Positions 1-17,300 are shown, numbered from the stretch's first letter. The stretch is 64,000 nt of DNA from the human T2T-CHM13v2.0 reference genome, Homo sapiens (GCF_009914755.1 NC_060936.1), one strand, 5' to 3'. Notes: generated by a model from the sequence alone, not told the origin. A program made the numbers and translations.

Positions 1-1075
1 TAGTTCCCATGTAGTGCCTGAAAAGTGCCCTACAAAAGTTATTTTTTCCATCTTGGATTCTGAACTGCAGATGTTTTTAGGCCAAGACTAAAATCTTAGT
101 TGACATATTAGTTGACTTCTTCCTAGAAGGTAGGAGTTGAGATCCTAAAAATGAAGGTTCTTTTGAGATTTTTGTGGTAGAAACAAAAACACTGAGAATT
201 TCAGCTCACTATTTATTGAGCAAATAACTGTGTTCTATACTATGGAAGAGAATGGAAAATGAATCAAGATGCGATTTATATCCTTATATAAAGATTATTT
301 GCATAAAGATACAAGTAATGAAATGGTGGTAAGTATAATGATGATATGCATAAAAGATATTGAGAGAGTAATGATACCTGGTTTGGGGATGTGCGTATTA
401 AGGAGAGAGTAAGCAAAGAATTATCAGTGATAGGGTAATATAGGTTGAATCATGTAAAGGATATATCAAGTAAACTATAATAGGATAGTTTCTTTGGGAT
501 AAAGGTGTTGGCCTTGACACTATTTATCTGAATAACAGCCTAATTATTTTCCTTTTCTAAACTGTTTCATCAGACACAGAAAGAGAACCAATGTGTGAAG
601 GGATGGATAAAGCTCTGTCAGCTGGTACTAAGTGTTGTCTGGGTTGTATTTCTGCTTGTATCAGTTTTGTGAAATTATTTAATCTTATTGGAGAATTCTG
701 GATTTTCGGATTAGGGATGTCCAACCTGTATTATTAGTAGCCAGCAGCTTTCTCTTGGTAGACTATGTTTAGACTAAGAAAAAAGTAGTCAGGATTTACA
801 TTGGAAAAGTATTTGGCAAGAGAAGGGAGGCTTGAAGAAGATATCATCCATTTGACAGTGTGTTCCATAATTTAAATCTTTGTGGATCAGACTTCCTAAA
901 AACACTTTGCTTCCAGAATGTAAGAAAGTGTTCATTAGGCAGCTCTGAATATTTTGGCTATGTGTACCATCTTTCCCCACCCCCCAATTAAACATAGATT
1001 CCAGTGCTACAGTAATATCAATTCTGTTCCAGCCTTTCTCAATTTACCAAATCTTGCTTTTGTTTTTAATTATAA

Positions 1076-1373
1076 TTTTTTTTGAGACAGGATCTGGCTC
1101 TGTTGACTAGGCTGGATGGAGTGCAGTGGTTCAAGTTCACTGTAGCCTTGAACTTCTGGGCTCAAGTGATCTTCCTGCATCAGCCTCTTGAGTAGCTGGA
1201 ACTACAGGTTCATATTACCACACCTGCTAATGTTTAAAAAATTTTTTTTGTAGAGACAGACAGAGATCTCGCTTTGTTGGCCACGCAGGTCTCAAACTCC
1301 TGGCTTCAAGAGAGCCTTCCGCCTTGGCCTCCCAGAGTGTTGGGATTATAGGTGTGAAGCACTGTGCTTGGCC
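1076..1373 (-). mobile_element. Alu (old, J-like)
   Basis: Antisense Alu body; TSD aaatcttgctttt on both sides. Confidence 0.9.
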
Positions 1374-2689
1374 TAAATCTTGCTTTTAATGAATAGTCTT
1401 TGCTTGAGAATCACAGTTGTATTTTTAAAGAATTAATATGGCTTGGATCAAGTTTAACTTTTTTTTTCTGATATACTGAAGTTGTTACATACATTATTCA
1501 TTTTGCCTCATGGAAAATACATAAGGACCTTTTAAAGATAAGTAATTTAAAAAACTTTTATTATGGAAAATTTCAAATATATACTGAAATAGAATGAGAT
1601 AATAAATTCTGTGTGCCCATTGCTCAGCTTGAACCATTGTCAAGTCATAGGGCCAATCTCCTTTTAGCTATATCCCTATTACTCCCCTATACCCTTAAAA
1701 CTTTTTAGTAAATACCTATATTTAGTGATAGATAGAACAAGATACACAGGTTAGCTAGATTTTAGGAAGGTAGACTGAGGAAGAGAGAAAGAAAATGTGG
1801 ATTCTATTGCTGATGTGAACAGGTTCTCTCTGTGCTTTTGTCCTTCCCTTCTCTTTGATTGATATGTTTCTGCCAACCCACATTTGTTGGAGCTCTTTCA
1901 AATTTGTCTTGCTAATATATCTATTAGACTGAGTTTTACTCTTTTTTAAAATTCCCTTCTTTCCATCAGGGTGCCTATAATTCTTTGTTTTTATTTGCTT
2001 TTCACTCACATCAAAAAGTTGGGAGGTCTTTGTCAGGGCATGAAATGTAATTTGCCCTGGGACTAAACACTCACCTGGGGATGTTAATGTTTGTGACCAT
2101 CTGTACTACTGAAGAGAAGAAATTATTTTTATATCTATGGTAAATTACTCAATAAGCTTTTTGCCATCTTCTAGAGATTCTGTTATCAAGGTTCAAAAAT
2201 TTAATTGTAGGCTTTAACTGTTCTGCTAGATTTGAGCACTTTGGGGCTTTTAGATTCTGTGGAGAAAATCTTTAGCCTTCTATAAATTGAAATTAACTTA
2301 ATCAATCAAGTCATTTTCAGGATTTAAACAATTTTCTAGAAATTATAAAATTGAAATTCTTTTCATGATAAAACTATAAAAGGTAAAAAAAAAAAAAAAG
2401 GCCTTGAGCAAGGTTTAACTTTTTTTTTTTTTTTCTGGACTGAAATGGAGGCTTTCTTTCAAGCGAATTCCCTGATGTTTGCTCTGTGTGATTTGGCTCC
2501 ATCTCTGTAACTGCTAATATGTGGCATGGATTTCAAGTTGTTTGGGATCTGGATGTGCCCAAAGTCTGTATTGCAAGACGGGATTCACAGGCATTATGTT
2601 ACAAAACTGGCTTGCTGCCTTCTGTTTTCTTTTTCTGTGTCCTGTGTAGCTGCATTGTTTGTTGCAGTATATGCATTAGCTGTTGTCTA

Positions 2690-2913
2690 TGTTCAGTTTC
2701 CTGCAGGCTGACAAAGTGGGAGGGGCTTTGTTTGTTACATAGCTGAGTTTTCACTGTGTGAGTTCTTGAGTGCACATTGCAGCCATCTTAATTACACTTT
2801 TGTGCAACTGAGACTGTGCAGCTGTCTCAAAATGGCTGCTAACCTAGTCTTTGTAGCTGCTTAGGCAGCAAGTATGTCAGTGAGGAGACTTGTCACATGC
2901 ATCAGGACCAGAG
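2690..2913 (+). promoter_or_regulatory. ATF7IP: Alternative promoter/first exon region (5' boundary uncertain)
   Basis: Non-repetitive sequence; TTCAGTTTC Inr-like at 2692; YY1-type AAAATGGCTGC at 2829-2839; donor at 2914. Confidence 0.55.
2897..2913 (+). CDS. ATF7IP: Coding end of an alternative upstream ATF7IP exon giving an 8-aa N-terminal extension MHQDQRFR
   Basis: ATGCATCAGGACCAGAG|gtaaga strong donor; 17 nt + 7 nt of exon 2 = 24 nt, in frame with the ATG at 41419. Matches my recollection of a 1278-aa isoform. Confidence 0.75.
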
Positions 2914-5521
2914 GTAAGAACCAATTACTCTTTTATCTTAAACATTCTCATTTTTTTCTTTTTTAAAAAGGAATTTAACTGAGTTTACTTAGAGGGGTGA
3001 ACTTAGAGCTTGGTTTTTAAAAAGTTGAAATGTTTGGTAGAACCTTTAAGCCTTTATTATGGAAACAGTACATAGCATGGTGGGGTCAAAGGTTAAATTC
3101 CTGTAATTTCTCACCATTTTATGTTCTGTCATTGCCAGAACATTTGATCACCATAGTAGTGCATTTCTGGCCCTAATTAATGTAATATTCCTTTTGTGTA
3201 GGCTATTTTAGTGTGTTTGGTATTTATTTGTAGAAATTAAAACAATATATTATCTGAATAGATTTTTTTTTTAAAGGATCCATAAGTAAGCCTTGTTTTG
3301 CACAAAGACTACAATTTTTCTACGGTTTTGTGAGGTATTGTGTGGAAGCTTTTTGGAAAGAAGGGTAATTATATAAATCATGAAAAAAAATTTTTAATAC
3401 TGTCCAAAATCTTTTTTTTTGGCATTATGGGTTGCAGTTCTTTCTCATCATGCTGCCTCCTCCCAGTATCCAACTCTTTGACATTTTTAATGCTGCTTTG
3501 CTTCTTTGTTCAAATTACTTTTTGCTTAAGTTGGCATTCAGATTCAGATTTTGAATTTAGAAATAAATTCACATCTAGTCATGGATACCTCTTTTTAAAA
3601 AATATATCTAATGTATTCAAATACCATCAGAGCTGAAGTACTCAGTTAATTAAGTTATATTTTCATTTTAGTCTTAATTCAAACCTGTAGTATATTTAAA
3701 AGAAATATAGCTCAATGATTTTGTAAATTTAATTTCAAAAAGTTTAAAAAGCTTTCTTAACATCGTTCTGGAGTAGAAATGTTTATTGAGATACTGTAAG
3801 TCTGTGGTTACCCAGAAAGATGGGAGAATGAAATTCTTATTCACGTAGTATTTCAGATAGCAGAAAAGGCATACTTTAAGCAGCAATACTTAAATTGCAG
3901 TACCTGTTAAAATATTTTTTAGCTGGTATAATATACTCCTGGTTTTGTCCGTAGAGTATTAAGAATATATCCCTGACTTATATGACATAGAACAGTAAGT
4001 TCTAAACTTTCTGAGTAGAGCAGCTTTCTAAAAACAGAAACTTTTTGCATGTTAAACTCTTAGGGAGGATTCCAATATATAAAAGGGATACTTATGGTTT
4101 CTGCTTAATTCTGCAAGGCTTAAGAAACAAAAGGACACGTGATATTTTATTGTTATGTACTTATTTTATATTGTAAACTTATTCACATGTCATGTGTATT
4201 TAATAAAATGACAATAATTATGCTATTAAGATAAACAAAACTTGGAAACGAGATCGTACATGACAATTATAATCTTGTATTAGATCCAGATCTAGTTCAC
4301 TTATTTGTAGAACCTTGGCCTCTTAAGGCACTGTGGAATTCAGTTTGAAAATTATTCTAGAATGTGTCTTCGTTATGTTGATTTTTGATGTTCATGAAGA
4401 TGGAATATAAGATCTATATGTACATGACTTAACAGTTTAAAATTGTTGACTTGTCTCAGCCTTGTGTTTATATTTGTTATTTACATTTTTTTTAAACAAA
4501 ATAATTGTTTTTCCTAATTAAATCAGTGTCCATTTATTTAGTGGCTTAAAATATATTCTGGGATCAGTATTTATCTCAGTTTCATCAACAGCTTTAGCAT
4601 TTTTGTTTCACTTTAGTCACTACATTGTAAAATCTTTAGGACTGTCTTATATGACATAGTAGATTCTCATAATTTGAACACTAATTTATGTAAATCATTC
4701 AGTCATATGAACTGTCCCTAAAAAAGAAAAAGAAAAACATTTCAATGTGTTTGAGGGATTCTATTCATCATTCCTTTCAGTAAGGTTATCCTTGGAGTGA
4801 GTATGACATAGAAAAGTGAATGTGCTGTGACCTTGATCACTCTTATTTTCATGCCTTTTAATAGTAATAACAGCTCATTTTCTTGGTGGCGAGAGTGGGA
4901 GGGGAGGAGACTCTAGTGTTTAAAAATATGTGTATTTCAAAACATTTTATATAATGTCGAAAAACTGTCCATGTTGAAATTATTGAGCAGTTTATGCTGG
5001 TCTTGAGTGGGATCTTAGGGAAATTTTAATAACCCAGTCTTTTTGCCTTCTATTGCTAACTGTAATATTTGCCCCTACCCTCTACAAGATTATTACCTGT
5101 ACATGAGGAAATACTAATGCCCTATGGTTACTCAGGATATTATTGCTAATTCTTTCCCTGCTGTGTTGCATTTTTGCAACTGTAAGCATAAATTACCCCT
5201 TAATGAGATGATTGCTTTTGGGATTGGTGATAGTTCTCAAATTTTCTGTTCCAAGTTCCAGTTAGCTATTATGCTGGGTAATTGAGGGCATAATAAATCT
5301 GGGAGCTGAATAATTGAAGTTTTATGATGTTATTTTGTCACTTTTAAAAATTCTCCCCTTTTGTTTACCCTTTTTCATGAACAATTTCATCTGCATAAGC
5401 CTCTAAGAGAAATGTTAGGGTGGTGGCACTGGCCAAGGGTCCAAACCTGAATTTGAATACTGTTTTTGCTACCTTTTTCTGACATTGACGAGCTTATTCC
5501 ATTTTCTTTCTTTCCTTTCAT

Positions 5522-6450
<929 letters not shown>

Positions 6451-7108
6451 GTTCATTCCATTTTTTGATTTTCGTTTCTTCGTCTATAAAATGGGGGAAA
6501 TTTCCTATCTATTTGGTAAGCATATGCTCAGAATCAATTTACATAATGTTTCAGAATAGTATCTTGAAATACTCTGCAAAAATCTTGCATACTAATTTTC
6601 TCAGTAATATCCAAATGCATTTCAGTTTATTTGCCTCTCGAGTGTCATATACCTTTTCAAGTGTGATTGGATCAGTGTGTATTTAAAAACTATGGGAAAT
6701 TTCTTATATAACTCATGCTCAGAAGCAAGAAGTGCTAAGTAACATCATATCCACTTAGTAATGTTATATATTCGTTTTTGTAGTACTGGGTCCTACTCTG
6801 TTAGCATAAATTAGCCATCCTTTGTTGTGTATGGATATGGCAGATGTATTTATTAAGTAAAGCCAATATAGAATGTTGACATTACAGAATTTAGAGGAGT
6901 AGGAGAAGTGTTTTGGGTATAGTCTGGCTGAGTTCTTCAAATACACTGTGAGAAAATAACTTATCTAAAAACATGACTTGAATTCACGGCCTAGAGTTTC
7001 CTGTGTTTCAGTACAAATAAGAATCATAAAAACAGTAAATTCTCTTTGAAAAAAATTCATTTTCAGAGCTATAAACTGGCAGCCAGCAAACTTACTTTTA
7101 TTCTTTAG

Positions 7109-7451
<343 letters not shown>

Positions 7452-9215
7452 TAACATTTAAAGTTGTCAGATTTTACCTAAAAATCTAGATGTCTTGCCT
7501 CTTGAAAAGCAAACAACATTTTTGCTTGAGGATAGCAATCTACAATTGAGTATAGATGCTGTCTCCTTCAGATAGGGCCTTCTCTTGCCCACCTCTGGTC
7601 CTCTTCACTGAATCACGTTACCTGTGTGGCCTTGGAAGACAGTTCCTTTTAAAGACCTATCCTACGTATTTGATAGTTTATTGGCAGCCTTAAATATCTA
7701 AAATATAACTTCTAACCCAAAAGAAAGTAAACATAAGTAAAATTTAGCCTACTTTACTTGGTAGGAGAGACTTAGAATATATAAAGTCAGTTTACTCTTT
7801 AGAAGATATGGCACCTTTTGTAACCTTTCACTTTGTCCTAATTTTATATAGAGTGCCATGGGAGCCAAATGAAGGAGATCCAATGGCATAACAACAAGTA
7901 ACGATTGAAAGTGAAGAGATTAAAGAAATACTAATTAGAAACATCTAAGTACCTTGAGATCTTTTATGTGATAATCAGTTCTGTTTTCTTTAAATGTTAC
8001 CGCTGTGTTAAAGGACATCACTATCAACTTGATGTTCTTAATGGTGATACTGAATAAGAAAAAGTTAAAGTGTATTCAAGCTATGCAGTTTACTGAACAG
8101 ATAAATGAAATAACATTTTATAAAAGATTTTTGCTCAAATTAGTTGAGCTAAGAAGTTTATCACTGAAAATAATGAGTAAATTTCCTAATAGAATGTTTT
8201 CTTAACCGTACACTAGATTAGATAATGGCCGTTAGGCCATTACAAACTTTATTTTTGTTGAAAACTTACATCTATTTACATTTATTAATTTAACATTTAC
8301 AGTGTCTATGTGAAGACTACCTTGATGATGCATGAAACATGATAATTTATAATCTTGATCTGACTTAAATTTGAATTCCACATTTCCCAGAGTGAAAGCC
8401 AGCTTGTTAACATTCAAATAATACCACGACATTGGTAACTCTAAGGAAGTGCTAAAAGAATGTTATGCCTTTTTGGAAAATGGTTTTCTAGTTAGAGTTC
8501 AACTTTAGAGAAAATTGAAAAAGTGATTAACTTGCACAGGAAACAGTGACTCCCCTGCTTTACTGCTCTTCACACTTTGAAAAGAGAAAGTGATTTGAGA
8601 GAAAGCCTAATGTCTATTCAAATAAGTGATTGTTTTTTAATTGCTCAGGTTAGAACTCTCACAAAGAGTTCTCTGTTGGTGATATGTAACAGTCTGTTAT
8701 TAGTCATTAATATGTGAATATGGAAATTGTGAAAACAGCACAAATTGATTTAGCAAATCTTCATCAGTTTAGTGAAAGAGGGACCTTAACACTGGAGAGA
8801 GGTCTGAGGAGTTGCTTCTGCATCTGCCTGAGGGAATCTTGTCTTTCCTTCTGAAGTAAGGCAGATACAGCTAGCCAACTGCCAGTAGAACTATCTGACT
8901 CGTGTATCCCTTTGTTGGATATAGAAATACCTGTACCATGGCATACATAGTGGAAAACATTAGTATAGAAGTTAGGAAAAGATTACTTCTGCTCTGGTAC
9001 TGTTATTAAGTAATTGTGTAGTTTTGGATAAATATTTAACCTCTTTGTGTTATCCCTGATCATTAAATGAGATGGGTCGTTGGAAGAACACCAACTTTGA
9101 GTCAAACAGAGTCAGGGTGAATCCATGTTCTTCCTCTCATTAGTTATAGGTTATATGAAAAATGGATATATAGTGCTCAAAGTACAGTACCTATTTATGA
9201 TTATGTGTTCAGTAA

Positions 9216-9599
<384 letters not shown>

Positions 9600-12500
9600 T
9601 AAAATGGGAATAATGTTTATCATAAAGAACTAATATTGGGGTTTAAATGAGGATAACAAATATAAAGTCAAGTGAAGTGTAGCACAAATTAAATATTGGT
9701 TGCATTTGTTTCACAAGACTCCCTTTAGCACAGATCTTTTTTTTTTCTTTTTTTTCTTTTAAAAATCATCATTTCAGGAAGAATGGAGTTGGGAGAAATC
9801 TGGTCTACTGGGTAGTTTAGAAAAGGATCTTTAGGGAGAGGGCGTATTTAGGGGCCTGGCTGATTTACAGTAAAAATGTCACAGAGCAGGGTCTTTAGAA
9901 TCTCCAAGTGAAGACTTTGAAGAGTCTAAAGGGGACAAAATAAGAATTCTTACTTGTGCAAAGGCAGCATGGTAGAGTGAAAACTAAAACAGACTGTGAA
10001 TTGATCAGTTACTCAACAAATGTAACAGTTATTTATTATGCACCTATTATTTGCCAGGTACTGTTTGATGCTTGGCATATAAGATCCTTGCTCTCTCTCA
10101 GGGAGTTTACACTTGTGGAGGGAGTGGGAAGACACAGACAATAAATATGAGAGAAGGTTGCAAATACTTAAGGATTGTGAATGCTGTGGGGTAGGGTAGA
10201 ATAGGTATCTAAGAGCTAGATGAGCACTACACAAAATGTGGCCTGTGATCAGTCTGAGAACTGTTCGCTTCTGGTCCTCTGTGAGATAAGAACTGAAATT
10301 GAGAGTTTATAGAAATTTTTACATCAATCTGATAATGTAATTTTATGTCAGTTGAGTCAAAACAATTAAAACTCATATTTTATATGCCTTATTTTTAATT
10401 TCATTTTTCAGGTAATTCATTGCCACCATATTTTACAATAGCATTGATCTACAGTGGGTTGAAAATAAAACACCAGTCTTTACTGTATTCATTTTAGCAG
10501 TGAGCTAGATCAACAGTTGCCATTGTTAGTACTATTAGTAAGCATGTTGTGGAGATTTTCAGCTTCTTTTGATGAATAATTCACTGTCAAGTAATTAGCT
10601 TATTTGGCTTAGAAATACTTACATCCATGTTATTTACACTATATTTTATGTTGGACTAAGTTATTTTAGGTCTTTTGATTTTCAAGTACTTTTATTCATG
10701 GTTGGATGCATGATACAGGTAGGAAGAGAACAAAATTAAAACTGTAAGGTATATAATAAGTGATTTCTTTTTTTAATTTTTAACTTCTAGATTCTGTTCT
10801 CAATGCTTAGATTATTTCTAACATTTTTTCTCAACTCATATTTTATGATCAGTATATGGTACTTAGAAAGCTCTTTTGATATAAGATCTTTCCTCCAACC
10901 AAGAGTTAATTTATGCATGAAATTGTATCATTATATTTGTCCCTATCACTTCATCTGCTGCTGGTGGGTCATAGATCCTGAGAAGAGAATATAGTTGTTT
11001 GAGGAAATTTATCATTGATAACCTAGATAATATTTTTGATTGTCTATATAAGTCTACCATTTGCTATTGATAAATGATAACTTTATGCGTCCCCTCATTT
11101 ATAGCCCCATTATCTTTTTTATGTGATAGGGGTAACTTAAGAAGTATGTTGAAGATAGCTGAAAATAAGATTTAAAAATATGGAAAATATTTTGGATAAC
11201 CCCTAGTAAGCATTTTAAGTACTTCTTTTCATTTTGTTATTTCAGATGCGGGACTAAACTAGTTTCTGGATTGTTACTTTAAAATGAAATTTAATATATC
11301 TCTAGCCTTAATGAAAATGGTAGTGGAGTAGAATTATGTATTAGTAGATAATAAATTAACTAAAAAATAAGTAAAAATAAAGAAAAGGGCCTTGCAGATA
11401 ATGACTCAACTCTTGCCTTGTCAGATCTGGCCAGTAAAAACAATACATGAATGATACAGGTTTGAAAAGAATGTGGCACAGACAGAATATTTTCTTGGGA
11501 AGACATTCGTAATTTAATGTGCCTAGGTTTTTATACTCAGCACATGCTTTGGTAATATTAACTAGTGGTAAATGTGTTGAATTATTTAACCATCATAATA
11601 GTGATACCTGAAGGTACACAATTCTTATTATTTGGTGAAATGTTAAACAATATACTTCTAAGAGCACATCTACTTAATAATGTTTACTATTTAATTGATT
11701 AGTTAAAATTTGAAAGGTAGTTGTAGAGTAGAATGAGGATAACATTAGGTAATGTGAATTATAATTTGTATTTTTAATGATTGCCAAACAGCAACCATTG
11801 AATTTACGTGGTCTGTGCCATAAGTAAGCTAAGGCTTTTGAATATCTCTGAGAGTTAAAAATATTTTTCTTGTGGTGGGGGGTGGAATTTCAGTTATATA
11901 AGAATTATAAATTGGTTTTCTTTTATTACCTGGATTTGAATTCTATTCAAATATGTATATCAAATATATGTAGATAACTAGATATATTCTAGAACCAGTC
12001 AGTACATGTTGGGGAACGAATGGGGAGGGTTTACTCAGCAGTACTCTCCTTTAGTTTGGTCATGAAATGAGGACTGCTTTATGTAAATTGTCCTTACTGG
12101 CGCCAGCTAGCTGTAACTGCAGTCTGGCTGTGCTAGGGTAGCAAATAAAATGTGTCATGGATTTTCTGTTTGGAATGTATAAGAATTCAGCCTTTTGGAC
12201 TGAAAGAACAGAGTTGATACATTAGAATAGCAGTAGTGAGACCACAATTGACAGTGAATATGTGAAATAGTGAGAAGCTATAAGCCTTTTAAGCTTTTAG
12301 TTCTTTTATAGGTTTATACCTATTGATACTATTGGGTAATATGTGGGAGGTACTTAACTGCACACAGTTGCTGCAGACCTAATAGTTGGCAGCATAGAAA
12401 GCAGTACAAAGAATTCTGATTCTAGGCATTTTCACTTTGAAATAGTCATTTTGAAGATATACTCTGTGTGTTCTGTGAGCTTCATTGACATATTGTCTGA

Positions 12501-14294
12501 CGTTTTTTGGCTTTTGTGGTAAATGGGATGTATGCTGCACAAACTACCCAACAGATGTGAACCACTATTTGAAAGGAATTTTAATATGTAGCCAACCTAC
12601 TGTATTCTTGTTTTTTTTTTAATGAATATGAATCAAACAAGAAATTTAGACTCGAGAAGGCTGACCTAGAAGTCTGCATTAGCTTTTAATGTTTATACAA
12701 ATGAACTAAGTAGCAGTGGTTTACAGAAGAGGAAGTCCTTTTCACAGTGTCAAGCTGCCCACAGGTAAGAGATTCAGGTCCTTTTTCTGTGACACCTACC
12801 CCCCAGGCTTTATGTTTTTCTCTCACCATTGGGAAGTTTTTAAAAATTTGTTTGTTTTTAGTTCTAATGAAAACAGGATTGGTAGATCGTTTCATGTTAA
12901 TATTCAGGAGATTTTGAATGCCACATTTGGATTTGGTATTTTTTAAAATGTAATTTTCATCTTCTCAAAATTCCTTCACATTTGAATTGAAATGAACTAA
13001 CAGTGGACTTCATATATGAATATTACTCATGCATACAATATGTTCATATTACATAGAAATCAGTTTTAGATCTCTTTTCATTATAGTCTGTTACTATATT
13101 CTCACTTGTAGTGACACCAACTGGTACACGCAGAGAGATGACATTTTGTAACCTCACTTAAGTATAAAGTTTTAGTTTAAATTTACCACTTTGAATTCAC
13201 CTTTACAAATCAGAGTGCTTATGTTTTCAAATATGGCTCATTGACATACATTAGATAATGTATATTTATACATATAACTTGGTCAATTTTCTACTTCCAC
13301 CCTTATTCTTTCCATTTCTCTATATTTAAATTTATTATTATTTTAATAAAGTGATTTTTAAAAGTCTAAAATGAATGTATTAATTAGGAATTCCACTAAA
13401 TTTAATATTTCTTAACCTGGGTTAAAGGAACACAGTCATTTGTTATTATTTTTTTCTATGCATGAAATATTGTATACAAAAATATAAAATTCCATTGCAA
13501 TAAAAATAATCTACTACCATTGCTGTAAAGATAGGAAGGTGTATGTTTATAAAGAAATGCCAATGTATGTGTTCATTCGTATCAGTATGGCCAGAAATAT
13601 ATTACTGATTGTAATAATTTTTGGAGGGTGGGTGAAGAGTTGAATAGCAGAGTAAAGTGAAGAGTGGTAGTGAGGTAGCTTAGAGTAGTGTATCAAAGAA
13701 AGGAATTACGTCAGGCAGCTCTCTGCTCTTTCCCTCCCTCTTTAGAAGTCAAGCAGCAGGCTCTTTCTGTAACCAAAGTGTTACTTTTAGGTGGGACTTC
13801 CAGTTCTCTAGTTTCTGAAAGTTTGGTCACTTATTGCTACATAGTTGTATACTTTAAAACTGGGGGCCAGCTGTGATAGAAGCCATACTCATGTTTCAGG
13901 GGCAGGAACTGTTCCTTACTTGTTGCCTTTTGACAGTGTTGCTTGGATTTAAAAAAAAAAAGCATATATTTTATTAAAGTATAGAAACGTAACTTTTTTG
14001 TGTATGTTTCATCTCAGTAAACAATTTCCCTATGATTGACAAAATGATGATAGTAGAAAGAAATCAATTTTGATTGATGTGTTTGAGGTTGGATGAGGAG
14101 AAGGTCATGCTTCTTGGTGTGGAAGACATACACATCTGAAACAGTAGGAAAAAGTTTTTCAAACTTCTCTTGTGCTATTATATTGGTTAGGGGAATGCTG
14201 GGCTGGGAAGATAGTTGAGATGGGCTAGTTTTTACATATAGACAAAGAGAAAAAGAGTTGATAGACAAAAACAGGAATTTATTGAATGCTGTTA

Positions 14295-14913
<619 letters not shown>

Positions 14914-15559
14914 CTAATATTGCACTTTGCACAGGAACCTACTGTTTGATATTCCTGACAGATAATTATCTAGTTTATACTTCACTATTTCTAATGACAG
15001 AAGGGAGAGTCTCTATTTTCATAAATCAGTTTCTTCTTTTATTGGGCATCCAAACAAATTAACATTTGTTGATTTTGAGATGAAGTTGCCTTTCATTACT
15101 TTTATTTTTGCTTCTCATAGCCCCCCACTTTCTGTCTGTCTGTAGCTCTCTTTCTCTTGTATCTCTTTTACATGACAAATATGTACTATTTAAAGAAAGC
15201 TCATTAAAATTTTCTTATGTTTTCTAGGCTAAATATCTTTTATTTTTTCCTGACATTTCCTCATACAACTTACTGTTCCAGAGCATTCTTTAGCATGGTC
15301 ATCCCACAGTTATTAATAAGTCCTTCTTTATCTGTGATGCTCAGAACCAAACATAATTACTCTAAAAATTTTCCCCTTCTCCTTGGCTATTTGTTCTACA
15401 GTTTAACTTTGCATTAGCATTTTTGGCAGCCACCTTGAGATGATTTTTTGAGTTTGCATTAAGTTAAAATACCTCAGTCTTTCCCTAATATTCATTGATA
15501 AACTTTAACATACTTTAATATTTGAAACAATTGTTACGTTATTATGTTTTCTTAATAAT

Positions 15560-17300
15560 TTCTCATGTTGTTCGTTATATTTACTATGCTTTGTGTCCGT
15601 CTTCCTTGCAAGGTTTTTTTCTGTTTTAATAGTGTTTTTAAAGAACTGGCTTTTGGTTCCTTAATTGCTTGCTCATTTGTTTTCTTTCATAATTTTCTGC
15701 TTTTATTGTAATTCCATGCTTTGGGATTATACCTTTTTGCCTTTATTAATGTTTTTGAGTTTGTGTTTTTTGTTAATATATGCATTTAAGGCTATCAGTT
15801 TTAATCTGAATATCATTTTAGCTGATTTCCCTAGGTTGTATTCTTTTAATACTTCGTTGGTATTTTATCACTGATTTCCTCCTACATCTAAAAGTTTTTT
15901 TTTTTTATTTATAAGGAGATAATTTTTCTGTCATCTTGTTGGTATATTTATTACATTATGACTACAGAATATAGCCTTGTGGTTTTTTTTTTTGTCTTTG
16001 AGTTTGTTAAGATTTTCTTGTCGCCATACACATGGTCAATATTGATGTACATTGGCTATATTTGTGAAAAAAATTATATTTTGGGTTTATTGGGTATACA
16101 GTTCTATTTATTTTTGTTATTCTGACATGCTAATGGGTTGTTCATTGCTTATTACTTTTGTGTTCTTCATCCATAGATTTATCTCTGATTGTGAATTTAT
16201 TAGTTTTTTCCTGAATTATTTAAACTTGTTTTATCAATAGGACATATCTCTTTTTTTTGTTCTATTACTTGATTTTCAACTTGAATTCTTTTTTATATGT
16301 CATATATAGGTTTTATATGTATACCTACCCTTTTTTGTGGTACTATTTGCCTAGCGTATCATTTTCTATCCTTCTGTTTCAACCTTTCTATGCTGTTACT
16401 CTAAGGTATGTCTCGTTTATAGTGCATAGCTAATGATATTTTTGTTGTTTTACACGCTTGAAACCCATCAGGTTTTTCCCTGATTGATAATTTTCTTTAT
16501 TTTTGCCCCATATTCTGCAACCTGTTAGTTAACTTACACATTGCAATTATCTGGATAAATAACATATTTATTTTAAAGATGATTGATCCTCAGTTATTTC
16601 AGCCTGCTCAAGAGTTTTACTTGTTTTTTGGAGCTTTGCTAATTTCCTTATCTGAATTTCTTCATAGGTTCTTCTGCTGTCTGGTCTTGTACTTATATTT
16701 ATATATAATCATTTTAGCAAAGGTCTGCATTCTCTGTCTTTGCTCAGAAGTAATATATTTATTTCCTCACTCTTGCTGACTGCTAGCTTTGCTAGCTGTA
16801 GAATTCCACAGTGAAAATAACTTTTCCCATGAATTTTGAGGATATTGTTTTTTTTTTAGCTTTCAGTATTGCTGATGACAAGTCTGATGCCAGTTTAATT
16901 CTTTCTCTTCTGTAGTTAAATGATATTCTAAGTTATTAATATTTCCCTATAATGATTTTCTGAAATCTTATTGCAGTATGCCTAGGTGTCAAAAAATTTT
17001 ATTTTGCTTATTTTAATTTAGTTTGTTTTGGGATTCAATAGACCTTTATTATTGGAAAACTTGTATATTTTTTCAGCTTTGCTGATTTTTTTTAATTTTC
17101 TTATTTTTTCCCTCCTTTTTTTCTTGTTTCTTTTTTTTTAGAAACTTGACTTAATTGAAAGTTGTTGCTTCTGGGTATATTTCTTATGTGTTTGTTTGTT
17201 CTTGTGAGTGTAATATCTTCTCATACACTTAGAGGATTTTTTAATATACTATTTTAAAATGTCTTCTGTTTATTCTCCTACTAATTAGCTAGTGTTTTTT
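15560..17300 (-). mobile_element. Old degenerate L1 (L1M-type) fragment
   Basis: T-rich antisense L1-like motifs (gctgatgacaagtctgatgccagt, tttaaggctat, tttcaacctt); boundaries uncertain. Confidence 0.55.

Noticed and set aside
2519-2746. Cys-rich 75-aa ORF
   Set aside because: Explained by TG-rich composition; no recognisable domain or splice support.
13706-13713. TTACGTCA / TGACGTAA CRE-like 8-mers (also ~50352)
   Set aside because: Isolated short motifs expected by chance; no supporting context.
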